Shown here: in pieces, positions 15,743 through 34,525 of the stretch | Layout: the number at the start of each line of letters is the position of its first letter | Numbering within the stretch: the stretch's first letter is position 1 | NCBI RefSeq assembly: GCF_009914755.1 | Contig: NC_060929.1 | DNA: 64,000 bases | Source of the DNA: the human T2T-CHM13v2.0 reference genome, Homo sapiens | Strand: one strand, 5' to 3' | Notes under the pieces: generated by a model | What the model saw: only the letters and a program-made list of their open reading frames with translations | What the model was told of the DNA's origin: nothing | Database searches by the model: none | Translations under genes and position numbers: made by a program

Positions 15743-16608
15743 GCATAAATCAAAATGACATCCTAGTAATTTACAACATAGTATTTAGCTAGGTCGGAGA
15801 AATTATTAGCAGATATTGATTACTAAAAGAATGAATGAGATATGAAAATAAGACTTAGTAACAATAAAGTACTTAACCTCATTTTATAACCGCTTTATTC
15901 TTTTAGCAAAAACTGATCTATGGCAGTTTTGCAGAAGAGAATGGAAAGAAGTTTGGAGCTGCTCAAGGGCTACAAATGCCATGCTAGGAAGTTCACTTCA
16001 TCCTTTGGGAAGATAATGGAGATGCAACAGAACTTTTATGTATATTCATATATTTTAATATATTATTTATTATTTTTATATTTACTATTATATTTATTAT
16101 CTATTGTTATAAATATATACTTATATATTATATTTATTATATATTATATATATTTCATGTCACTTAACGTGTGAGTAAAATCAGTAAAAAAGCTATAGTC
16201 GAGCCTTTAAATAGAAAAACAAATTCCCCTACAAACAATAATTATTGCCCCATTTTCTCTGGTATGTCTTTGTCGTCTTGTGACTTGCCTCCAATTGACC
16301 AAAATTTAACTACAAACTTCCACAACTCACAATCCTACAAAAATGTAGACTGAAATAAAAAGAATAAAATATATGTTTCAAAAAATATACGTTAAGCATA
16401 TTGGACTATGCTTAATATATAGGAATATTATATTATATAATATATAATTATACTATTATATTATTATATACATAAAATATATATGAAATATATATTGGAA
16501 TATTGCCATATAATTATTCATAATTTTAGAACCTCAAGACTTTTTAAAGTTACTTTGAGTTATTTGCAAAATATAGTGCAGAAACTTTTTAATAATCAAT
16601 TAACTTAC

Positions 16609-16785
16609 CTTTAGGTAAATGCCTAATTAAGAAGCTTTGCAAATATGGATAGGAATACCCATATCCTAGGCCCTGTTACCATGTTAGCCTCCTTGTAGTT
16701 TTCCTTTTCATCAAGTGCAAGGTAGGCATCCCTCATCAAGTCAAGAGGTAACATCCTGCGTTCTAAAGAATTCATTTCAATATAG
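16609..16785 (-). other. Candidate exon (177 bp)
   Basis: Acceptor ttttttgttctttctttaacctttag|; donor aag|gtaagt. Confidence 0.4.
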
Positions 16786-16926
16786 CTAAAGGTTAAAGAA
16801 AGAACAAAAAATGCCATTACTCTTGGAGAATACTTACTATGCGGCCCTTGGCCTACATATAAAGAGGGGATGATATATCAACCTCTGACTTAAATATCCC
16901 TGCCAGTTACCACTATCTTTTCATGA

Positions 16927-17272
<346 letters not shown>

Positions 17273-17442
17273 GATTTTTGTTTGTTTTAAGAGTTATCCC
17301 ACCTGGATAACTCAGCTGAGCAGGCATCAGCTGTCAGAGTAGCCATTTAAAGCAGCAAGACAGAAATAAAAGAGTTCAGCCTTTAGTCACCTCCTGCTAT
17401 GGTATAAGCAAGAGTCTAAAACCAGAGAAAACACTGACTCAC

Positions 17443-17538
17443 CCTGTTTCATTTTCCCTCATGAAACAGCACAGACTTGGGGGCCATCTCATTTTTGAGG
17501 AAGCCCAGAACAAAAGACTGTGACAGTAATTATGGAAT
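17443..17538 (-). other. Candidate exon (96 bp)
   Basis: Acceptor cgctttcccacatcctgcctcccag|; donor agg|gtgagt. Confidence 0.4.
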
Positions 17539-17706
17539 CTGGGAGGCAGGATGTGGGAAAGCGGGTGAGGTTGAAGGTTAAGTCAGAGTAGAGAAAAGTG
17601 TCTTGATGTTTCTCCCGTCTCCCTCCATGATGAGGCCTAGACAAAGGCATCTGAAGACCCCTGCCCAAGGCCTCGGAAAAAGAGACCTAGGAGTGCAAGT
17701 TCTTAC

Positions 17707-17880
17707 CAGGCAAGGAATGTAAATATGGGAAGAACAGAACGGGCAAGGGAGGGCTGGGATCTTGAGGGCAACTCTTCTCAGAGGCTGCCAGGAACCAGCT
17801 GTGCACCCGCTCTGTGTAGACAGGGTAGCTTCCCTGTGTGATCTGCCAGGTAAAGCTTTTGAAATCACCTATGGCCAGGC
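17707..17880 (-). other. Candidate exon (174 bp, no ATG)
   Basis: Acceptor gtgttatttttcag|; donor ctg|gtaaga. Confidence 0.3.
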
Positions 17881-20135
17881 CTGAAAAATAACACACAGGT
17901 TTTAACTAGGAGCTGGACTCCTTACCAACTCTATTTTTCTAGAAGAATATGCAAACTCATTGTTTTATTTCTTTGGTATGAAATCAAGAAACTATAATTA
18001 GTCCAGGCTTTTGATATGTGTTTAACTGAGTTCAATATATTGACAATTGAATTATACATTTTCCAGATGGCGAAAGGTCACACATCTGGCAGAGTTTCTT
18101 AGTTGAAGTTTCTTTTTGTATCAATTAATGTATGGTTATTCAATAGACAATTACAATCATTTAATCTATTCTAATTTTTTAAGCAATTTGTATTTCTTAT
18201 ATCTTTTCGAGGAAAAAGTCAAATTTGAATAGATCCAGTAAGGCACATGTCAATATCTGCAGCTCCTTATAAAAAGCTAAAAATGCAGCAATTTACCTCA
18301 ACTTTTATCTCTGATGCTGGTGATTAATTTTTCCCAATGTACCCTCTTCTCTGGGACTTGGCTGTATTACAGTTTTCTTTTAAAAAGTCTTGTTCCATAT
18401 AACCAATAGAATCTTTGTGTATTAAATACACATACACACACATTATTGTAGTATCATTGTGCTGGATGAATAATTTTCATAAATTCAAGAGCTAGAGAGG
18501 CTATATGTAAATAGATAATTGAATTATAGTGGGAAATGCACAAGAAACAGAGTAATTGTTTCTGAGAATGGGTCAGTGAAATTTTTATTAATAAAATGGC
18601 ATCTAAACTGGGGTTTGAAGAATAAGTTTTTTTAAAAAATACAATTAATGAAGTGTAAAGGGATATTGTATTTTATATAATAGGAAACCATCAATTGAAG
18701 ATTTTGTCTAAGTAACAAATAATAGCAAATAATCTAGCAAACAATATTACCTCTATCAGTTAAGATGTATCCTGTTAGATAACAATATACTTTAAAAAGG
18801 TTACTAAATTTCCACTCATTGACTAATACTGTAACTCCATAGTAACGATGTAGTTTTATAAATATAGAGCTGATAATTCATAATTATTATATCTTTCTTA
18901 CAACATGGAATTTTTTTATATTGAAGAGGATTGCTGCAAATTTTCTCCTCCAGAATTTTATATAATCTATAAAATGGTTAAGTATGAAAATTATAATAAT
19001 AAATAATACACCACTAGATATCCTTCTGTACTATACCTTTCCTGATACCAAGGATCATGGGTTGTTTCTATTATTTTAAACTATTTTGAGAGTTCTCTAA
19101 ATATTTTAATATCTTTGAATTATTTGGCCATGAGTAACTACATGAATTGGGCAAAATTATTCTTACTGTGAATATATCAACAGATAAATTATAAATTCAC
19201 AGAGCATATTTAATTGAGTTTCTCTTCTTATCATTTGGTGTTCCATATCTTGTTCATTCTGGAAATGAGAAAGAATTCCTGCAAACTGAACAACAGATTC
19301 TATTTCCACTTCTATGCAAGTGTGGACCTGGATAATAACAACCACAGTACATATGAATGAGGAGTGACAGTGTTGGCATAGGGTGACCTGATTCCCTTAT
19401 ATGTTTATAGACCTGTAAAGTCTAGGATGTAGTTTCTTAGTTATTTTCGCTATTATAGACAAGACAGAGGAACAATGATCTTTAATGTGCTATTTCAGAG
19501 CATGAATCACACTTTACAAGCCATTCCTGTCAGCCCATAATATAAACTAATCTTCTAATAAGACACTGTGTCCTTCCATATAGTTCAGTGAAGTGCATAG
19601 TGATTTCAACCTTAATGGAAAATGATTATCTTTTACTGATGTGACCTTTTAACCCAAACTACAGTCCAAGTTCATCTCTATATTTTACTAGCACGTCTAT
19701 TAACATTATGTTCATGTAATAGAGCATATTACACAAAGCATTATTGGGCTGAATTTTCATTATAAAATAACAACAATCTTCACAGTATAAATCGTCTTTG
19801 ACTGCAAGGAAAGCTAATGTGAATGATTGTGGGTGAGCTAGCATTTATCTCACCCAGGACACCTGTCCATGCAGTATAAATACAATATGTAAGACTTTAT
19901 TTCCCTTTGTTTTCTATTTTTTAAAATTAAGCCCTTAGTGATTTCTTGAAAATGATAACACTACCATTCAGTATATTTGACAAGGAAAACAACTTGTAAC
20001 TCACATATTTTATTTTTGTCCTTCGTGTTTTCATTTAATCTAATTTCTTTATAGGTCATAGAGCTTTTCTTATTGGTAGGAAATGTTAGAGTTAATATAC
20101 ACACAAGTGTGCGCACTCACGTAACACTCAGGCTC

Positions 20136-20137
<2 letters not shown>

Positions 20138-20208
<71 letters not shown>
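20138..20208. repeat. Compound (TC)n(TA)n microsatellite
   Basis: Read directly. Confidence 0.95.
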
Positions 20209-20212
<4 letters not shown>

Positions 20213-22405
20213 AAATAGGATATCCAAACAACATATTAGGAACAGTTAAAAATAATTCCTAAATAGCAATGGAATTAAATGCAAATAAGTTTTCTAAAGT
20301 ATTTGACATAGTTTATTATCTTAAATATTTCAGCATATTCTTTAAGATTTTATGAGAACCCATTGTTATTAACAATTCATTTTAAGCTTCTGCTCTGACT
20401 CTTTCTGTTTTACTACAAATTCCTACTTAAGAGTGCTTGAATGACCTTCATTGAATTGTTTGTGGTTGTTATGCCGCAGTTTGTTTATTGTTGAAGTCCC
20501 AGTTTCCACTATCTGGACACAGAGAAAGAGGTGAGGGAAAGAAAATGGCAATTACATGTTGTTAAATAACTACATAAATCATTCCTTAAAAACATCTATA
20601 GTGATTTGTTGATTGTTTACAGCCCTTTAAATTTTGAACACCCCCCCCCCCAACATACGTAGGATTTTACATTTGATTAAAAGGAAGAAAAATTCTCATT
20701 CTTGTTTACTGACTTCCATTCACACACCCCAGAGGAATGTGGCTGGACTCCAGAGTATAAATCTGAGCTGAAACTGTTGTGTGTCTAATAATGACAAACA
20801 TTACGCAAGCCTGCTTAATTGGCAGAGGCTTTAGTTTAGTATATTTAACTGATTATAAATAGTAAATAGATTATTTTACTAAAATAACAGACTTTTTTTC
20901 TAAAAACACTATTTCTTACTTACATACGGTTGTCAAATAGCTTTGAATGGCCTAGATTATTCACTCTATATACATTTATTCATTTTAGTCAACATCAAAT
21001 TCCTATTATGGCTATCTATGCTATTCTATGCATCTCTCATAGCATGCTATAGTAGTTTGAGAAACTCAAGCCAAAAAAAAAAAAAGTGACTCTCTGTGCA
21101 CAATCCATGCCAATGAGGCTTTGATAATCAGGCCAATCACTTAATTACAAGTTTGTATTTCTATTCCCACTGAGATGTGCCAATTAAAAGAATTTGACTT
21201 TAATTCCAAACAACATATTAGTCTAATTACCTGATGCACTGCCTGCTTTGAATTTTGTTTAACCTTGTGCGTGTATGTGTGTTTGTGTGTGTGTGTATTT
21301 AACACATGATCTGTAAAGTATTGTGAATTACAAGGTATAGACTATAATTTCAAAAATGAATCTGGGTCTACCTTTTCAAAACACCTTGTATCTTCACCCA
21401 GGTAACTTGAATTGCGTAAATAACAACTGTGTTTCATTGGTCTTGAAGGCCTCAAATTATTTAAACTGGTGGTCTCATTCCCTCTATGTTAGAAAAAAAA
21501 TGTAAAAGCTCTTTTTCAGCTAATGATTAACATCACTGTGTAAAATAAATTTGATCATTTGAAATACTAACAAGGTGATTTATGCACATGCTGACTACCT
21601 TCATTTTTCAGGATATTGCAAATTAATCCTATCACTGCAGAAATTATGTGCTTTAGAGTTGCACAGCAAAAAATGATTGACAAGTCATAATCCTAAGGGA
21701 CAGCTATACAAATTCAAATTATTATATTTCTAAGGTATTACTTAAAGAAGAACTAACTTTTCAGTTCTCCAACGAATTCAAGGTTTGGGAACTTTTTCCT
21801 TTGACTGAGAAATTAGAAGATGACAATGTCAAAAAAGTGAGAACTGTCAATGTTAGAACAGATCAAGTCTCAAGCAAAAACACTGCTGTCTGTCTGAGAT
21901 CTAGAATCAAAGTGTAGAAATTATTTCCTCATGGGGCAGAGAAGAATAAGCCCCTAATTAAATGAAATAATGGCTCTAGGATATGTGACCTGACGAAAAT
22001 TATAAAAATCAGAGATGATATTCAGAAGCTAGTTTAAAAGAAATTTTTTAAAACTCTGCATTTTATTTCTTCCAGATGTAGAATCCAGAAAAAGAACTTT
22101 AAACTTGAAGATACATCTCTCAAATGTACTTAATATTCAGAGTATAATTAAATTTTGCTCCTTTAAGACATATGCCTTTTAAAATTCTGAACCTTTCCAT
22201 GTTCTGCACTGTAATAAATATAGTTGAATATTATCTTGTGAAATAGTTGACTCAAATTTATAATTTTAAATAAGCAGTGCTAAATAACAGAAAGGAAATG
22301 ATAAATTGAATAAATGTAAACAATGATCATCTAAGTAGAATAAGAGAGCATGAATAATACTTTAACAAGAAATGCAACAGCAGGAACCAGATTCAGAAAA
22401 AATAA

Positions 22406-24296
22406 TTCTTTTTCAGCTAGCTTGTTGTTCATGTATAGAAATAGTACCAATTATCATATGTTGATTTTGTATCCTTAAACTTTGCTGAATTTCTTGTCAG
22501 GTCTAAGAGTTTTTGATAGAGTCTTTAGGTTTTTGTATACACAAGTTTATATCATCTGCAAACAGAGATAAATTGACTTCTTTCTTTCTAGCACGGATTC
22601 CCTTTATTTCTTTCTCTGGGTAGGACTGCCAGTACTATGTTGAATAGAAGTGGTGACAGTGGGGATTCTTATCTTCTTCCAGTTCTCATAGGAAAAGCTT
22701 TCAGCTTTCCCCCGTTTGCTAGGTTAGCTGTGGGTTTGTCATATGTGACATTCATAGCCCTGAGCTACTTTCCTTCTAAACCCAATTTATTTAGAGCTTT
22801 TATCATATATCATTGTTAAATTGTATCAATTGTTTTTCCACACCTGTTGAAATGATCATATACTTTTTGTCCTTCATCTGGTTGATGTGATGTATCACAT
22901 TTACTTATTTGCATATGTTGAAACATCCTTACAACCCTGGGATAAATCCCACTTAATCATGATGTATTATCTTTTTGATATGCTGTTGGATTCAGTTTGG
23001 TAATATTTTGTTGAGAATTTTTGCCTGTATGTTTATTAGGGATGTTGGCCTGTAGTTTTCCTTTTTTGGTGGTGTTTTTATCTAGTTTTGGAATCATGGT
23101 TATGTTGACCTCACAGAATGAGTTAGAAAGAATTCTCTCTGCTTCAGTGTTTTGGAATAGTTTTAGAAGAGGTAATATTAATTCTTCTTTAAGAGTTAAG
23201 TAGAATTCAGCAGTGAAACTATTTAGTCCTGGGCTGTTTCTTGGTGAGAGACTTTTTATTACTGATTAAATCCATTAGTTGTATTGGTGTGTTCAGGATT
23301 TTTACTTCTTGGTTGAATCTTAGTAGTTGCATTTATCCAGGGCTGTGTCCATTTCCTGTAAGTTTTCTTTTAATTTATTGGTGGATAAAGAAACCACGAA
23401 GTCCACTTCATTTACAATACCTATGAAAAATAGTTAGGAATAAATTTAACCAAATAGATGAAAGACCCCTACAAGAAAAACTGCAAAATAACAATTGAAG
23501 GGGATACAAACAAATGGAAACATACCCCATGCTCATGAATCAGAAGAATTAAGAAGATGAGCATACTGCCCAAAGAAATCTATGGATTCAATGCAATTTC
23601 TATCAACATACCAATAACATTCTTTAATGAAATTGAAGAAATATTCTGAAATTTGTAGGAACCATGAAAAAACCCATATGGGGAAAGCAATCCTAATTTA
23701 AAAAAAAACAAAGCTGGAGGCATCACACTACCACATTTCAAAAGATATTACAAAGCGATAGTAACCAAAACAGCATGGTACTGGCATGAAAATAGACACA
23801 TAGACCAATGGAACAGAATAAAGAACTCAGAAATTAATTCATGCCTCTACAGGCAATGCATTTTTGACAAAGGTGCTAAGAGCATTCATCAGGGGAATGA
23901 CAGTCTCTTCAATAAATTTTGCTGGGAAAACTGAATATCCATACACAGAAGAATAAAACTAAATACCCATCTCTCACCTCATAGAAAAGAAAAAAAAAAC
24001 TCAAAATGAATTAATGACCTAATGTAAGACCTGAAACTATAAAACAACTAAAAGAAAACATAGGGAAAATGCTTCAGGACACTCACTTGGGGAAAGATTT
24101 TATAAATAAGACCCCAAAAGCATAGTCAACAAAAGCAAAAATAAACAATTGGGATTATATCAAACTAAAAAGCTTTTGCACAGCAAAAGAAACAATTAAC
24201 AGAGTGAAAAGCAACCACCAGAATGGCAGAAAATATTTACAAACTGTTCATGCTATAGGGGATTAGCATCCAGAATATATAAAAACTCAAACATCT

Positions 24297-24327
<31 letters not shown>

Positions 24328-25332
24328 TCGAATTTAAAAAATGGGCAAATGATCCGAACAGACATTTCTCAAAGAAGGACATACAAATGACCAATAAATG
24401 AATTTTAAAATGCTTAACCTCACTAATTATCATGGAATGCAAATCAAGACCACAATGACATATCTTCTCACACAAATTAAGATGACTGGTATAGATAAGA
24501 CAAAAAAAAAATAAATGCTTCTGAGGATGCAGAGAAAAAGTAACTCTTTTACACTGCTGGTGGAAATGTAAACTAGTACAGCCACTATGAATATGAGTTC
24601 CCTCAGAAAACTGCAAATAGAACTAACATATGACCCAGCAGTGTTACTCTTGGGCATTTATCCAAATGAAAAGAAATCAGTATATTGAAGAGACATCTGC
24701 ACCCCCATGTTTATTGCAGAATTATTCACAATAGCTAAGATATAAATCAACCTAAGTGTCCAATAACAGATAAATGAATAGAGAAAATCTGGCATGCATA
24801 TACATACACACACACACACACACACACAGACACACACACACAAACAATGAACTGCTATTCAGCTATGAAAAGGATGAAATCTTATCATTCCTAGATAGAT
24901 GGAACTGGTTAACATTATACTAAGTAAAATAAGCTAGGAACAGAAAGTTGAACACAACACGTTCTCACTGAATTTTGAAGCCAGATTAAAAATAAGCTTA
25001 TCTCATGGAAATAAAAACTAGAGCAGAGGCTACCAGAGGCTAAAAAGGGTAGGAAGAAGAAGAAAGGGAGAGATTTGCTAAAGGATACAAAATTACAACT
25101 AGACAGGAGGAATAAATTCTAGTGTTCTATAACACTGTAAGATGACTACAGTTACCAATAATACATAGTTTCAAATATCCAGAAGAAGTACATTGAATGT
25201 TCCCAACATGAATTATAAATGTTTGAGATAATAGATACGCTGATTATCCTGATCTGATCACTATATATGTACCAAAACACCACGACGTACTCCATAAATA
25301 TGTAAAATTATTATGTTCCAATTAAAAATAAA
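22406..25332 (+). mobile_element. L1MA4A/5-type LINE-1 with 5' inversion
   Basis: ORF2 on minus 22406-23370, then plus from about 23387 through an L1MA 3' UTR; the two parts meet at adjacent L1 positions (gctgaaaaagaa / aaagaaa...catttacaata). Confidence 0.85.
24803..24842. repeat. (CA)n microsatellite within the L1 3' UTR
   Basis: Read directly. Confidence 0.9.
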
Positions 25333-27655
25333 GTATTGAAAATAGATGCTAAGGTAATATAAAATTATAGGAATTTACTGCAGAATTTTACAAGTAATCA
25401 TGCGGATGAGCCTAAAGAAAACCCAGATACCTTTTCAAAATAACCAGCTGAGTGCCAGAAAGTCATTTCACTCTCTCTATCTAATCTATCTATCTATAGC
25501 AAAATGACTTTATACAGTAAGATATATTATATATATAGATATAATCTATAGATATATCAATATATACCTTATTGTAAATTCTCCCTCTAAACAAGGGTTT
25601 TTTTTAAGAAACTGAGGTCTTTCATGCTCCATATAGCAGTATAGCAGAGAAAAACTGGAACTCTTCATTTCTCAATGTAGAGAGTCTCAAAACCACATTT
25701 GTGACACACTCTTTTATACTATTACCAAAGGCTTGGTTTTAAACATCTCAGAACTAAAACACTGTACATAAGAAAGTTGTAAAAGAAGTTTAGAGAAGTA
25801 TAACCGAAATGATTAGGAGAATATAGGTTTTGACTTGTGAAAAAAAGATTTTAATAAAAGAAGTCTCTATAACTGTCCAAAAAGATAACTAAAAGGTAAG
25901 ACGATAAAAGCCTACAAATATATGGACAGTGTAAGAATAGGTAGGACAAGAAATTATTGAACATTTCAAAGAGGGAATTTCTAAAGTATAGAATGAACAC
26001 ATGGGTTGAGTTTAAATGAAAAGGCAGAATATCATAAAGAAAAAAATCTTCACGTATAGAATGGATTCCAGAGTGGTGGTTTTACGACTCATAAGGCAAT
26101 ATTTTGCGCACCCCTTCCCTGCTGCATGTATGCACACACTAATATCAATACATACACGTGATAATAAGAAACATATAAGAGGGACTCATTTGTAACTGGA
26201 ACAGAACAGCGTAGGATTTTTCATTTACAATTTTCATGTTATAATCATTTCTGCTTTCACAGATGGCTATATTTATCTCTCAATAGATATAAGAATTATA
26301 ATTTTGCATTAAATAAATATCTATCCATCCCATTCAGCACCCTATGATGCTGAGTGAAAAGCAGTAATAAGGAAGCCACTTGTAGAATTGTAGAAACTTT
26401 AGGCTTAAAGCTAAGGCACATTAATTCCTAAAGAATCATCATCTTACAAATGACTATCAAATGTCTGCATAAACCCTTTTTTATGCAGAATTTTTCAAAT
26501 CCTGACAATACCTATGTCGTCTACAACATACACTGTTACACAGCCTTCCATTTTAGGGAGCTCTGTTTTATTCCACCTAACTTTATAACTATATATCCTA
26601 ATTTTACTAATTCCACTTTTAAAGTTGTACAAAAACACATTTGAAGGCAGCTACCATAACAAACTTAGATAAAACTTTCCTATATGTTTTTTTCAAGGTC
26701 ACATTATTTTGACATATGCTCTATCTCATCATAATCACTTCTATGTGTTCTTTTATTTATTGAGGTTTTTTTTTTTTAATTTGGTGCCAGGAGCTAACCA
26801 TAATACAGTGAGTTCATTAAAAAAGAACCAGGATAAGTATAATTTATCTCAATTTACATTACAGGGAGAATACAGCAAAATAAGCCTTGGGCTCTCCACT
26901 TGCAATTAGGTAATTTGTATAGTAATGGAACAAAAATGTGAGAGACTCTTTGTCTTTATAAATCGTTATATGGCATGAGGGCTTTGCATGTGTGCTACTT
27001 TATAAAATCTCTGTAAATGACAGATGATACCCACTTCTCAAATGTGAAAGGAAAGTTGTAATTGAAGGTCATCTCTGTTTCCTCTCTCAGGAAGGCAAAC
27101 AACTGATAAGGGATTTGGGGGAAGCTGGAGAAAGTTTTTGTGATTAACTAGTTTTCTCTACATCTCTTAAAGATGGTGGATAGGAGAAGACAAAATCCAT
27201 TGCTTGGAAATTTATATATAAGATGGTACAAAGATATTGATCAGCAAAAAGCTGATGGAAATTGTGAATAATATTTTATTATATAATATTAAATTGAATT
27301 TCAATGCCAATGTTGAAAAACTATTTTTATTGGTACATATCACTTAGTGTTCTGCAACTTCCTTCTACTGATCTGTGAATTAATTACTTAGCAAAAACCT
27401 GGAAATTGCCCTGACATTATAGTAAGTCACTTACATGCCCCATATTGATATAATTAATGATGGACTAAAATATGAGAATTCCTGTATAAATTCTGGTACT
27501 GATATTTATTCAGTTTGATTTTTTCTAGGCAGAAAGTCTTACTTTTATGTATGTTAAAATTTATCTTATCAAATCTATTTTATTCTTTCTCTATGGTATT
27601 TCTGGATTCTGTTTCTGATATTTAAAAAGGACTATCATCTTGAAATATATTCTAA

Positions 27656-28443
27656 CAAAATTTGATAAGCATGTTTTATAAATCCTCATTCAAATTAACC
27701 AGAAAAAAATGAGTAAGAGTATAATGGATGAAGATTTATACAATTAGAATCATTTTTCCTCAGCAAGAATATTAGTCAAGAAATTATATCTATCATTGCA
27801 TAATGAGTTATTAATCCACCTAGTTGCACTAACATTCATCACATTCAAATATTATCTTCCTAATAGAAAAATATCATAAGGTGATTTGTGAAATGAATAG
27901 AAAAAGTCACACAGTGACATTTACCTATTGAATAAATATTTGTTTACATATCAAAACTAGCAACCTTAAAGAATAGTTGTTATAATAAAGAGATCCATAG
28001 TTTTTACAATGTTTGTACACACACGTCTGTTTTTATAGTAAACATATACAGATATATAGTGATAAATAGGTTATCTTCAATATACTCACAAAATGTTATG
28101 TTTATCTTGACATGTAAGTATTAAATTGAGAGCTATAACATATTCAATTTTCTCATGTTGAAAGAAACATTAAATAATTGCTGCAGCATAATATATAAAG
28201 AGCAAAGTGTTAAGGTCAGATGTCTAGAATCTTTGTTCTGACTCTGCCAAAATTAATTATTTAATTATTTAATATTATTTAATAATAGTAACTCATTATG
28301 CAATGATAGCCATAATTTCTTGACTAATAACTCTGAGAAAAAAAATGATTCTAATTGTATAAATCTTCATCCATTACACTCTTACTCATTTTTTTTCTGA
28401 ATAATTTGAATGAGGATTTATAAAACATGCTTATCAAATTTTG
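27656..28443. repeat. Inverted repeat, 155-bp arms (27656-27810 and 28289-28443), 478-bp spacer
   Basis: caaaatttgataagcatgttttataaatcctcattcaaatt...cattgcataatgagtta matches the reverse complement of the right arm at about 90% by eye. Confidence 0.93.
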
Positions 28444-28525
28444 GCTTCAGTTTATTCATTGAGACAATAAGAAAACTATATTAGATTATTTCCAATTCTA
28501 TTTTCTTCCATATATCCTATGAGAT
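28183..28525 (+). mobile_element. MIR/MIR3 relic interrupted by the right arm of the inverted repeat
   Basis: 5' part aagagc...ggtcaga...ctgactctgcca; 3' part gcttcagtttattcat...tagattatttc...ctatga. Confidence 0.45.
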
Positions 28526-30641
28526 CTAAATATATTTAATTTATATATGTGTTGTATTCCAGTCATCTGAAAAAGATTGTTTTGAATAACATTATTACAG
28601 TATCATTGATACTTAATGTTTTGAATGTAAACCTTGTATTTTAAAATATGCTATTGTTTGTTCTGCTGAAATGTATATCTATTTGACAGTCCTTTTTTTT
28701 AATTGAATATTGTGAAATTCTAATTGGCTTAAGTGATTGTCATTTCTTAAAACTTGAATACTCACTATCCACTATGGTTGTACTTTTTTGTCTCTTTTTT
28801 ATTGGAAATGGACTTTGCGATATTCAATTATTAAATCTGTTTGGCTGAGAAAATGATATTTATCAAGTATTGAATTTGTTAGTCTACCAATACTATCTCA
28901 ACTGCAAAAATGTCACACTATCTTGGCATCCTAAATGAAACAAGATACATTGGTTTTTGCTGAAATCTCTCCTCAAGTAAATGACCCAGAAAAATGCATG
29001 AAAATGTGGAATGGTACATGTAACATAATCACAAATTTCTCTCTCTAATTAGCTCTACAGGCCTTGGAAATGAAAACTGACACTACTTGATTCTTGCTCA
29101 CACCCATGAAGACTCCCTCCTGCCACAACATTGTGATGTCATTCCTCTTTGGTCTTATTTTGTAGGTGGTTTAGTTTCTAACTAACACCATGATGGCCTC
29201 TGAGAAAACACACAGTTTCAGTCTAATCTGCTTTCTTCCATTCTCCCTGTTTTTCTCTACCTCTGCAACATAACCTTTAAATAGTATCTTTAAATGATTC
29301 TAAGGAAGTATCCAATGCTGCAGCTACCTGTAACACTGAGTGACTGTCATCCAGAAATAAAAGTTTGCATGTTACTCACATAGTGTTTGGGTTGTCATCA
29401 TTGGCATTTGTTCCTTACTCTCAATGCTTCCTTTCTTCTAAGAGTAACTTTGGAGAACAACAGAAATATTTTTTCTTTTAATACAGATGCATCTTTTAAA
29501 GCTCTGCTTACCTCTACTATTACAACACAATAGCATTATAGGACTTGATTTTGAAATTTCCATTTCAAATAGACATGCTAATTTTTAAAAGAAAGTAAAA
29601 AATGTTTTAATGGTGAAATAACTGGAAGGTAATTACAAAATTAATAGTAATAATACTGTTGTTTTTTTCTTTCTAATATTTTCCTTGCAATTCTATCGGA
29701 CTCCAAACTCATTAACATTATCATCATAGCATTTATTTTAGGGCAAAGAATGCTTTTATGTCAAAATCACATCAAAATGATCTTCACCAGCTGACTCTCA
29801 TTTCACACAACGTTAAAATGGGCATATAAATAGAAGATGAAAATAAATAAAATATGTTAAGAACAGCTTTCTCTTAAAATAATTGTGTGCCTGTAGATAC
29901 AAGTAACTTATAACCAATACATTTTGATAAGCTAAAATAAATATTCTATAAACAATCTTAATATATAATATATGAACTTTTAGTAATTTTTTCCTATGGC
30001 CCACAAGTAGCAAAAACAGATACTAGTCTTTTATTTCACCCAACTACTCCTTGAATACTAGAAAGGAACACATATCCTTAACATAAAATGTGAAGAACTC
30101 TGCATACATTCAAAATTTTTCAGTTAAATATATAATAACTTGGAGAGAGTAGCCACTGTAAATTCACAGTGCTTTATACAATGAAAATGATTATTCCCTA
30201 CTGTCTTGGAAGAAATAAGGTTATAAACACATACGCCATGTCATGGCAAAATGCTAAACACAATGAGGAAATACAATTTTTAAATTGTTTCATTAAGTCT
30301 TCTATACCCAAAGCTAATTCTGCCTTGATCTGAAGTATAATATATGAAAATATGTGGAGAGTGTGAAAAATGTGTAATGAAAGAAATCTATACATTTCCA
30401 TTTGCTTAAAATGCATAAAGCCATTACTTTCTTATTATTATTATACTTTAAGTTTAGGGTACATGTGCACAATGTGCAGGTTAGTTACATATGTATAAAT
30501 ATGCCATGCTGGTGTGCTGCACCCACTACCTCGTCATTTAGCATTAGGTATATCTGCTAAAGCTATCCCTCCCCCCAACCAACCCCACAACAGTCCCCAG
30601 AGTGTGATGTTCCCCTTCTTGTGTCCATGTGTTCTCATTAT

Positions 30642-34462
<3,821 letters not shown>

Positions 34463-34525
34463 TATGATTTTAGCTGGTTATTTTGCTCGTTAGTTGATGC
34501 AGTTTCTTCCTAGCCTCGATGGTCT

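Noticed and set aside
16392-16415. 9-bp stem ttaagcata/tatgcttaa (similar one at 17291-17313)
   Set aside because: Short stems are expected by chance in AT-rich DNA
19167-19258. Possible minus-strand exon (ttccag| ... aca|gtaaga)
   Set aside because: Weak donor and AT-rich body; no other support
27624-28698. 14-bp outer inverted match aaaaaggact(a/g)tca
   Set aside because: Too short and not collinear with the main arms
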